From Candidatus Woesearchaeota archaeon (GTDB lineage Archaea; Nanobdellota; Nanobdellia; Woesearchaeales; SKGA01): DNA of 43,356 bases. Under the pieces are notes generated by a model. The model worked only from the letters and a program-made list of their open reading frames with translations. It was not told the origin of the DNA and made no database searches. Positions 35,964 through 43,356 of the stretch are shown here, one piece after another (position 1 is the first letter of the stretch; each line of letters starts with the position of its first letter). Position numbers and translations under genes: made by a program. The stretch is from contig JAFGOT010000017.1 of assembly GCA_016926395.1 (NCBI GenBank), positions 1-43,356 on the forward strand. Reading direction: 5' to 3'.

Positions 35964-37325
35964 TGATTCTATGAATTCTTCTTTCTTGTCTTTGTTAATG
36001 ACAGCACCGGCTGCATTATCATGACCGCCACTAGTTCCACCAACTTTGGAAACTGCATCACTTAAGACTTCTTGAAGTTTAAAATCTTTCGCAGATAAAC
36101 TTACCCTAAGAGAAACTTTAATTTCATCAGTAGATGTTTCACCAAGAGTACAAACTACAACACCTTCACGATAAATTTTATTTCTTGCAAGAATTGAAGC
36201 AACAATACCAACAATACTTGAAGGAATTTTATTTTCAAAATCAATTAAAACTAATTTATCATTTTCTATTAAAGTACCTTGTGCTCTTTTATCATCAACA
36301 ATTTGAAGTGCATCCCTGATTGCAGATTTGTAAACACGAAGATTCATACTTGCAATTTGTGCGGCATCTCTATCTCCTTTTAATGTATTAACACCAACCC
36401 TATATTGTTCGAGTCTTCCGCTTGCGTTAATTATTGTTGCACACTCACGTATATCAATCATTTCACGTCTAGGTGCATTTGGAAGAGAATAAGCATAAAC
36501 CAATAGTTTAGAATCATCCTCTTGAGCTCCTTTTAATTCAAGAATCTTTTCAGTAATAGCAGCTTGTTCAAAAGGTCTTAAATTAAACCATTTTTTTAAT
36601 CGGCCATTCCATTCCCACATAATACCAAGATCATCTAAAAAATCTTTAACACCTTTAGGATCATTTGTTACGCCCGGAATGTCAACATCACTACTGTATT
36701 CTAGAACTTTAAGTAAAGGACGAGAATTAATACCATAAAGTTTTATTTGTTTAGATAACACAACAGTCTTTTGAATAACAGCATGTTGTAATATTCTATT
36801 ATTTAAATCTTGAAAACCATTATCTTCTTGAGAATCACCAATCGCGCCTATTACAGCTAAGTGAGCAAGTGTACGATTATCTTTGTTCATACCCATAGCA
36901 AAGAAATAACAAACACCACTACCGCTGATACTGTTTTTTTCAGTAACACCACTAACCAAAGGATTAATATGAACTAAATGTAAATTATCATTAGTGGAAG
37001 GTTCGTGATGGTCAAGAACAAAAACTAGTTTATCATTTGCAAACTCAGATATTTTTTCAAGAACAGTAGCACCAATGTCTGCAAAAACATAAACATCAGA
37101 GTCAGTCTTAAAAACAGAATCTAAAAAAATCTCATCAAGAGATTGGGCGTGCATAGTAACATACGAAATATTCTCTCTATCAAAAGCAAGTTCTAAAAGA
37201 GCAGCAGAACTTAAACCATCAGTATCAAAATGAGTAACAAGAGCAACATGTTTACCTTTTGCTACTTCAACAAATTCTTTTCCCGCCTTAGTTGCGGCAT
37301 CTACAAAATCATCATGTAAAGACAT
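35946..37325 (-). CDS. DHH-family RecJ/GAN (Cdc45-like) nuclease
   Basis: THFDTDG, FADIG, LDHH, GAIGD, NASGR, GGHDNAAG. Adjacent to rps15, as in many archaea. Confidence 0.88.
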   Translation of the reverse strand: MSLHDDFVDAATKAGKEFVEVAKGKHVALVTHFDTDGLSSAALLELAFDRENISYVTMHAQSLDEIFLDSVFKTDSDVYVFADIGATVLEKISEFANDKLVFVLDHHEPSTNDNLHLVHINPLVSGVTEKNSISGSGVCYFFAMGMNKDNRTLAHLAVIGAIGDSQEDNGFQDLNNRILQHAVIQKTVVLSKQIKLYGINSRPLLKVLEYSSDVDIPGVTNDPKGVKDFLDDLGIMWEWNGRLKKWFNLRPFEQAAITEKILELKGAQEDDSKLLVYAYSLPNAPRREMIDIRECATIINASGRLEQYRVGVNTLKGDRDAAQIASMNLRVYKSAIRDALQIVDDKRAQGTLIENDKLVLIDFENKIPSSIVGIVASILARNKIYREGVVVCTLGETSTDEIKVSLRVSLSAKDFKLQEVLSDAVSKVGGTSGGHDNAAGAVINKDKKEEFIESIKASF

Positions 37326-37428
37326 AAAATATCCCCTTTTAATAGTTAAACTGCAAACGGTAAGCTAAAAAAAACTTTCGCGAACAGCAATAAGAAAAAA
37401 GAAAAAAAATGAAAGTAAACAACTAAGT

Positions 37429-37884
37429 TTACTCGATATTCATTTTGATTTGTTTTGGATTGTAGTTCCAATCTTTAGAAACTCGACCGGTTTTTTTGTA
37501 ATACTTAACTAATCGAAGAATTTTAGATTCAGTTAAAGTCAAACCTCTAACAGCAGGTTGATCTTTATGATTTGCCTCTAAGTGTTCTTGAATTGACAAA
37601 ACTTTTTTTAGAAGAGCAGTTAAGTCATCTGGAAGTTTTTTAGTCATTTCTTTTTCGCCAAGTATTGCAGAAATAGTTTTACCAGTCATAACTTTAACAC
37701 TAGGAATACCATATTCATCTCTTAAGAAAAGACCAATTTGACTTGCAGTTTTTCCTTCTTTAGCATATTTAACAACTAGAAGTTCAATTTCCTTAGCGGA
37801 ATATTTTACCCAAGACGGAGCTTGAGGAGCGGAAGGTTTAGTACTTCCTGAATTACCTTTTTTTCGACTATACATTCGTGCCAT
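37429..37884 (-). CDS. rps15: 30S ribosomal protein S15 (uS15/S13e)
   Basis: MARMYSRKKG.SGS.KP, SQIG..LRDEYGIP, LTESKI.RLVKYYK. Confidence 0.97.
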   Translation of the reverse strand: MARMYSRKKGNSGSTKPSAPQAPSWVKYSAKEIELLVVKYAKEGKTASQIGLFLRDEYGIPSVKVMTGKTISAILGEKEMTKKLPDDLTALLKKVLSIQEHLEANHKDQPAVRGLTLTESKILRLVKYYKKTGRVSKDWNYNPKQIKMNIE

Positions 37885-38035
37885 TTTATTTACCTTGTGT
37901 CATATAGCTACGCGGAAATCAGCGAACTGAAAACAACCACCATAAGACCATTTCAGCGACCAAACAGCGAAACAAAAATCAGAGAACTGAAATCTGCAAC
38001 CGTTGTGGTGCGTAGGATTAAAGAATCATCTTCCT

Positions 38036-38043
38036 TTTATAAA
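38036..38043 (-). promoter_or_regulatory. Putative TATA box for rps15, implying a ~125-nt leader
   Basis: TTTATAAA 152 nt upstream of the rps15 ATG. Confidence 0.45.
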
Positions 38044-38097
38044 TATTATAGTAAATCAACCAAAACTTTATAAATAAATTAAGTCATTTTTAAATAC

Positions 38098-38517
38098 ATG
38101 AGACTTCTCCAATCAAGAAAAGGAATGATTGCAGGCATGGAAATGCCAAGAGCAGTAAACTTGATTCTAGCAATAATTACAGCAGCAATTGGCGTGATTG
38201 GAATATTTGGTTCAGTAATTGGTTTTAATCTACCAACAATCCCAGGAATAATAATATATGGATTGCTTGCAATTGCAGGCTTGGTGATAATTCTTGACGG
38301 AATGCTTGGCGTTGGAATGGGAATGGTTCAAATGATGCCAAGAGCAGTAAATTTTATGGTTGGACTCTTAGTATTACTTGCAGGGGCAACACTTTTAGTT
38401 GGACAATTTGGAATAATACCGCTACCAGCAATACCAACAATTGTTGAGCACATAATCTTACTATTAGCAGGCGGAGTTATGCTTTTAGATGGAATCTTGG
38501 GCGCTAGAAACATGTAA
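38098..38517 (+). CDS. Hydrophobic membrane protein made of two internal repeats
   Basis: Two ~64-aa units, MPRAVN...LP.IP.I....LL..AG....LDG.LG. ATGCCAAGAGCAGTAAA is repeated at 38143 and 38335. Confidence 0.8.
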   Translation: MRLLQSRKGMIAGMEMPRAVNLILAIITAAIGVIGIFGSVIGFNLPTIPGIIIYGLLAIAGLVIILDGMLGVGMGMVQMMPRAVNFMVGLLVLLAGATLLVGQFGIIPLPAIPTIVEHIILLLAGGVMLLDGILGARNM

Positions 38518-38579
38518 GAGTCGCTCTAAGAAAGTTAAAAGATAGCTTTATAAACAAACATCGATTTCTCGATACTACT

Positions 38580-38834
38580 ATGAATGGCACAATTGTTAAT
38601 TACAAAGGCGGAAAGCATACGCAAGTAACTAACCAAATGATCATTACTGTCGAAAATATTACTACTAAAGAAGAAGCTGCAAAACTAGTAGGTAAAAAAG
38701 TTACTTACAACACTGGTAAAAAAGACATTACTGGTGAAGTACGGTCAGCTCATGGTAATAGCGGAGCTATTCGAGTATTATTTGAAACAGGAATGCCAGG
38801 TCAAGCAATTGGCAAACCGGTTAAAATTGCGTAA
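38580..38834 (+). CDS. rpl35ae: 50S ribosomal protein L35Ae (eL33)
   Basis: IVNYKGG.HTQ, A.KLVGKKV, HGNSGAIR..F..GMPGQAIG. Confidence 0.95.
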   Translation: MNGTIVNYKGGKHTQVTNQMIITVENITTKEEAAKLVGKKVTYNTGKKDITGEVRSAHGNSGAIRVLFETGMPGQAIGKPVKIA

Positions 38835-38861
38835 ATAAGTAAAGTTAAATATCCATGCAAA

Positions 38862-38883
38862 CAAAAATCTTGCCAGGTTTTTG
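38862..38883. repeat. Boundary palindrome, copy F
   Basis: ATGCAAA-CAAAAATCT-TGCC-AGGTTTTTG-AGCATTTTTT shares both flanks with copy E. Confidence 0.75.
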
Positions 38884-38904
38884 AGCATTTTTTAAGGTGA
38901 AAAA

Positions 38905-39093
38905 ATGAAGAAAAAAGTTTGTCGAACATGCAAAATATTCGTTGAAGGCGAATTATGCCCAGTATGTAAAAAAGCAGCATTTTCCGAAAGCTGGCAAGGA
39001 CAAGTTACGATCATGGACCCTACAAATAGTCAAATTGCTAAACAAATGGGATTTGTTGTAGAAGGCGACTATTGTATCAAAGTTAAACGGTGA
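38905..39093 (+). CDS. spt4: Transcription elongation factor Spt4 (RpoE2)
   Basis: CRTC, CPVC, SESWQG, S.IAK.MG, G.Y.IKV. Confidence 0.95.
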   Translation: MKKKVCRTCKIFVEGELCPVCKKAAFSESWQGQVTIMDPTNSQIAKQMGFVVEGDYCIKVKR

Positions 39094-39100
39094 AATTATA

Positions 39101-39406
39101 ATGGATCTTACAATCAAAAACCAAAAAGAAAATCCACTTCTAAGTCGAAAAGAAATAGTAGCAAAAATCAACTTCGAAGGCAATACTCCGAACAGAAAGG
39201 ATGTTCAAGTAGAGCTAGCTAAAAAAGCTAAAATCGATGAAAAACTTCTAATCATAAAAAAAATAGACACTCTATTTGGTGAAACAAGTGCAAACATAAC
39301 TGCTTACGCTTACGAAAATGAAGAAGTTATGAAAAGAAACGAAAGAAAAAACCTTGTTGAAAAACACAAAGGTCACGAACCAAAAGTAGAGGAAGAGGCA
39401 CAATAA
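39101..39406 (+). CDS. rps24e: 30S ribosomal protein S24e
   Basis: [26 protein letters not shown]. Confidence 0.95.
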   Translation: MDLTIKNQKENPLLSRKEIVAKINFEGNTPNRKDVQVELAKKAKIDEKLLIIKKIDTLFGETSANITAYAYENEEVMKRNERKNLVEKHKGHEPKVEEEAQ

Positions 39407-39407
39407 A

Positions 39408-39602
39408 ATGGCAGCAGCTAAAAAACCAGCAGCATCCGCAGCAGCAGCTAAAGAAAAAAAACCAGCATACTCAATCAGCAAATCTTATGAGAATGGCAAA
39501 AGTAAAAACAAATCTTGTCCAAAATGTGGACCTGGAGTTTTTATGGCAAGTCATAAAAATAGAAACGCATGTGGTAAATGCGGTTACACAGAAAAAAAGT
39601 AA
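39408..39602 (+). CDS. rps27ae: 30S ribosomal protein S27ae (eS31)
   Basis: [26 protein letters not shown]. Confidence 0.96.
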   Translation: MAAAKKPAASAAAAKEKKPAYSISKSYENGKSKNKSCPKCGPGVFMASHKNRNACGKCGYTEKK

Positions 39603-39700
39603 ACTTTTTTCTGAACCGGTGAACTGGAAACAGTGAACTGGCAATTTATTTTTTCAAATTCTACAATAATTTTTTATACTAAATCTATTAATTTAGTTAC

Positions 39701-40180
39701 ATGTTAAATAGTGTTGTTACAATTTTAGTTACTTTAATCATTGGACCATTCATGTTCTATATTCTAAGCAGACATTATGGAAAAGAAAAACATCTTAAAA
39801 AATATCCAGTTGGATTGATTGATGGATGGGGAGATATTATTTTTCTACCATTATTTAATGCAGTTGCAATAGCCACAATAGAAATTTTCAAACCATTCAT
39901 TGCATCAATTGCATGTTTATTAGGATTAATATTAACAACATCTTTTATTATTTGGAGAAAAAATTATGCACACCACAATGATTGGTCTAGACCTAAAAAA
40001 TATGTTTTTAACAATGGTGGGTGGTATCATGCAAGCTACATGTTTATTCAAGCAAGTTTTGTGTTTTATACATTAATTCTTCACTACAATAAATTCATAT
40101 CTTGGATTCCACTATCAGGATATCTAATACTTGTAGTAATAAGATTTGTTCAGGTTCATGAGAAAATAGACGAGGTCTAA
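39701..40180 (+). CDS. Hypothetical polytopic membrane protein
   Basis: About five hydrophobic segments, with WGD and WYH motifs. Confidence 0.7.
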   Translation: MLNSVVTILVTLIIGPFMFYILSRHYGKEKHLKKYPVGLIDGWGDIIFLPLFNAVAIATIEIFKPFIASIACLLGLILTTSFIIWRKNYAHHNDWSRPKKYVFNNGGWYHASYMFIQASFVFYTLILHYNKFISWIPLSGYLILVVIRFVQVHEKIDEV

Positions 40181-41004
40181 TTTTTCTTGAAAATAGAAGG
40201 ATCGTGACCTAAAATAAATTTCATCCTTTGAATAAAAATTTCTGCTCGAACATAATACTTATCAAAATCAACGCCTGAAATGTGAGTTTTTTTATTATGC
40301 CCAATATCTTTTGCAAGACGATAAAATAATCTTAACGTATCAGAATATTTTTTTTCTAAAAAATGATGTTTAACAAAATGTTTTTCAAGAAGTTCCGCAA
40401 CCTCATGAGGAGCGCCAGGAACGATACCAATGTGCATAAGTGCAGCATGAGCTGCATCAATAACGCCCCAGTACAAATCAACAGTCGCTTTTAGAGTGTG
40501 TGACTTTGCTTGTTTTAACGTTTGCGGAGCACGATTATAATAAGTCCAAACTGCCTCTTTAGTAGGTCTTATCTTTCCTTCGTCAAGAAGAGTTTGCATC
40601 GGAGTAAAAAAACCTTCATCATAAACAACTTTACCTTCTCGCAAAATATTAACAATAACAGGATCAGCATTTTTTGCATAATCCCAAAAATCACTTAAAT
40701 GCATAGGCGTAATATGAAAGCTTTCAGAAATATCACTTGCAGTATTTTGTATTATTACACGAAGAGAAGTAATAACCTCTTCAGAAAATACAACACTCAA
40801 ATCATTAATTAAAAGGAGAACGTCAATATCAGATTTTTCAGTTGAGGAGCCACGAACAGCACTGCCAAAAAGAATCACGCCCTTTAGTAAATCTCCAAGT
40901 TCAGAGTTTAGTTTGTCAGCTAATTGTTTAGTTAAATTAAAATCATCTTCGTGATAATGATAAGAAACGGGTCGCTTCTTAAATTCAAAAGAAATTTGTA
41001 CCAT
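40177..41004 (-). CDS. Minimal nucleotidyltransferase (MNT) fused to a HEPN-like domain
   Basis: GS-x10-DID (GSAVRGSSTEKSDID). The C-terminal helical domain has DAAHAAL and RLAKDIGH (R-x6-H). Confidence 0.8.
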   Translation of the reverse strand: MVQISFEFKKRPVSYHYHEDDFNLTKQLADKLNSELGDLLKGVILFGSAVRGSSTEKSDIDVLLLINDLSVVFSEEVITSLRVIIQNTASDISESFHITPMHLSDFWDYAKNADPVIVNILREGKVVYDEGFFTPMQTLLDEGKIRPTKEAVWTYYNRAPQTLKQAKSHTLKATVDLYWGVIDAAHAALMHIGIVPGAPHEVAELLEKHFVKHHFLEKKYSDTLRLFYRLAKDIGHNKKTHISGVDFDKYYVRAEIFIQRMKFILGHDPSIFKKN

Positions 41005-41075
41005 CTATATTCAACCCTCAATCAGTACGGTGACTGAACCCTCTAGCAATATACTAGAACTAATCATTTATAAAT

Positions 41076-43217
41076 CTATTCCAAAGGAGTACCTGACCAT
41101 AATTGCCAGTCATTAGATGGATTGTATGCACCAATTATGTAATTTGGTGGAGCTCTATAACCGGCAGCACCCCTGCCAGAATAAACATTACCAAAAGGAT
41201 TCCCTCCTTTAAAAGTTGAAAAATGACCTCCTCTAGAACCAATACTACCACCAAATTCATTCCATAAAGAGAATTGAGTAGAACCAGGATCAGTATCTTC
41301 ATACATATGACCTTCTGAAATTATAGGACCATTAAAACCTTTTTTTTGTAATCGTTTAACAGCTTCAACAGTTGGAAAAATACCTTCCCCAATTGGAAGA
41401 TGTTGGTGATCTCCAGTAGCACTATCTACAATTTGAACACTACCAATAACATTAGCGTCAGCAAGTTTATCCATTTGTTTTAGATACCAACCATTAAAAC
41501 GTTTAAGACGTTCTTCCTCGGACTCGTTACCTTGACGCGGAAAATGATTATACCACATAGACAAGTGCGAAGTGTCAAGAACACCCTGTATATGTTTTTT
41601 TGCAAGATCTTGCATTTCAGAATCTTTATATCTGGATCTTAAGTGAGGATCTTTTTTCATTTGATTAACCATTTCTTTTCTTGAATTTTGAATGATTTCA
41701 ATGAACTCATCAGTGTGACCACCGTATCCTTCAGGCCAGCCAAGTTCAGGACCAACATAAATAGGATTTGCAACATTATGTGCTTGTGTTTGTTTTAATG
41801 CTTCAATACCAAGTTCACCATAGGACTGAAATGCTTTTTGTTTACCATAATCCTCCATTTTTTTGATATGATTAACATTCTCCCAAGCAAGTTTAGCCTG
41901 TGCATCCGCACGACCAGAAGTTTCTTGAGTGTGTTGAATACCAAGTTGCAAACGAGGAATAGAATCTATAAGCTCAAGTTGATTACTTACCGTCTTTAGT
42001 TCGGAAGATAACTGCTCTCGAGCATTAGATAAATATGAAAATTCTTGACGTTCCTGTTCACTTAGATCTTCTCCAGATTGAGATTTCTTTTGAATTTCAC
42101 TAAGACGAGACATTATTTGAGAACCAGTTGATTGTAACTCATTAAATTGAGATTCTATTTGAGATTTATTTCGTTTTAATTCTTGAGCGTGTTTTAATTG
42201 CTCCAACTCCTGCTCATAACGTTGTTCGTGGTAGATAGCATTTGCTCTAAGTTGTGCAAATTGTTGTTCCATCTGAATCCGTCCAACCCACTCTTCAGGC
42301 GTTAAATTAAGATTTAGGTCCTTGTTTAAATTTTGAGAATACTCTTTAAACTCATTCCAATCCATTTGTTTAGACTCAAATTCTTGTTTTTCAGAGTTCC
42401 ATTTTGGAGCTCTATTCATAATAAAGTTTGGATCATTAGGATTTGCAGAGAGTTTGTTACCTGTTGCATCAATATAATCGCCTTTCTGAACTAAAACACC
42501 ATTTGAATCAGTATAATTTTCTTTTGAACGACCCCATACAGGAACAGAAATCTTAGCCATTCCTTGACCACCAAGTTGGCCAGTTTGAAACTGATGAATC
42601 GCACGACCAGTTCGGTCGTCAACAAGAGTATAAACAGCATCTTTGTTAGGATCAGCCCCTTCAAAATCCACAAAACCATCAAAATTACCACTAATAGAAC
42701 GAGTAAATTCTCTAGACCAAAGGTCAACACCACCACCCGCACCTATTTCTGCAGCAAAACGAATAGCTTCTCGAATATTTCGTTTGTCAGTTTCTCTCCT
42801 TTGATCATTAAATTGGCCAGATCTAAAATCAAAACCAGACAAACCAGCAACACCACCCTCTTGATTTGGAGCAAACTCTAAACCTTCCCAAGTAACCTCG
42901 CTGGCTTTTAGAGCCTCTCTAATTGCTTCTCGTTTGGATTTACCAGTTGCAGATAAATCATGAGTTGTAAAACCAGCTAATTGAAGAGTTGATGAACCTT
43001 TTCGAATATTACTAATAACACCTTTTAGAACATCTTGACCAAAAGCAGTCCTTTCAGCAACAAAAGTAGTTCCTAATTTTTTAATAGAAGTGATAGGTTT
43101 AGATAAATTTGGAGCACCATCTTCTCCGACGGTTTTTCCAGAAAGGAATCGATTTTCTTCTTGAGGCGCTAAATATTTATCAAGTCCTCTAAAATAATCT
43201 AAATTTATTCCAGCCAT
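41076..43217 (-). CDS. Xylose isomerase-like / AP endonuclease 2 TIM-barrel protein with large coiled-coil insertion
   Basis: PELG, LDTSH, DSATGDHQHLPIGEG and ISEGH metal-ligand pattern. Central Q/E-rich helical insert. Confidence 0.7.
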   Translation of the reverse strand: MAGINLDYFRGLDKYLAPQEENRFLSGKTVGEDGAPNLSKPITSIKKLGTTFVAERTAFGQDVLKGVISNIRKGSSTLQLAGFTTHDLSATGKSKREAIREALKASEVTWEGLEFAPNQEGGVAGLSGFDFRSGQFNDQRRETDKRNIREAIRFAAEIGAGGGVDLWSREFTRSISGNFDGFVDFEGADPNKDAVYTLVDDRTGRAIHQFQTGQLGGQGMAKISVPVWGRSKENYTDSNGVLVQKGDYIDATGNKLSANPNDPNFIMNRAPKWNSEKQEFESKQMDWNEFKEYSQNLNKDLNLNLTPEEWVGRIQMEQQFAQLRANAIYHEQRYEQELEQLKHAQELKRNKSQIESQFNELQSTGSQIMSRLSEIQKKSQSGEDLSEQERQEFSYLSNAREQLSSELKTVSNQLELIDSIPRLQLGIQHTQETSGRADAQAKLAWENVNHIKKMEDYGKQKAFQSYGELGIEALKQTQAHNVANPIYVGPELGWPEGYGGHTDEFIEIIQNSRKEMVNQMKKDPHLRSRYKDSEMQDLAKKHIQGVLDTSHLSMWYNHFPRQGNESEEERLKRFNGWYLKQMDKLADANVIGSVQIVDSATGDHQHLPIGEGIFPTVEAVKRLQKKGFNGPIISEGHMYEDTDPGSTQFSLWNEFGGSIGSRGGHFSTFKGGNPFGNVYSGRGAAGYRAPPNYIIGAYNPSNDWQLWSGTPLE

Positions 43218-43356
43218 AGTACACTAACTCTCTCTTTATAAGTCTAATAAGGAATTGTTAATTTATAAACATATTGTAAGAAGTTGAAAAAAAGTTGCCT
43301 TCACCAGTTCTATTCGTTGGGGGGTAAAAACAATAGTGAAGGCAAGAAAGCCACCC

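Noticed and set aside
39612-39641. TGAACTGG-like short repeats after rps27ae
   Set aside because: Two exact 9-mers only, too short and irregular for a CRISPR array or iteron.
5789-42881. Remaining short track ORFs nested in or antisense to long genes (for example 5789, 10106, 13229, 15090, 17158, 20406, 22884, 24235, 24971, 30702, 31422, 32705, 36134, 38328, 38953, 42491, 42564)
   Set aside because: They overlap well-supported genes in another frame or strand and carry no recognisable motifs.
1-43356. CRISPR array, rRNA, transposase or integrase
   Set aside because: No regularly spaced repeats, rRNA signatures or DDE, HUH or tyrosine-recombinase motifs were seen.

Overview
AT-rich archaeal chromosomal window, most consistent with a DPANN archaeon, probably Woesearchaeota-like (inferred from gene content, not from a phylogeny). 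Housekeeping content: archaeal ribosomal proteins (eS1/S3Ae, eL41, P0/uL10, P1/L12, uL1, uS15, eL33/L35Ae, eS24, eS31), Spt4, Dph5 and an N-terminal-only Dph2, class II LysRS, PyrG, TrxA/TrxB, two DHH nucleases and three tRNAs (Glu-TTC, Gly-GCC, intron-containing Ile-TAT). Accessory content: a pilin, a glycosyltransferase cluster, a tandem double-ParB protein, and an operon of GpgS-like GT, two PIG-L deacetylases and two ATP-grasp ligases next to Psd. No CRISPR array, rRNA, transposase or integrase was seen. The most striking unexplained signal is a dispersed family of 17-22 bp palindromes (CAAWAA...TTWTTG, usually followed by AG) at seven gene boundaries. Six of the seven lie between duplicated copies of the adjacent gene terminus: tRNA 3' ends, start regions, or stop-codon regions. 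In one case the duplicated C-terminus (FQKSLGK*) is synonymously recoded at 7 of 8 codons. Four copies carry an ATG-started mini-ORF ending TTT-TGA. All analysis was by eye; no searches were run.
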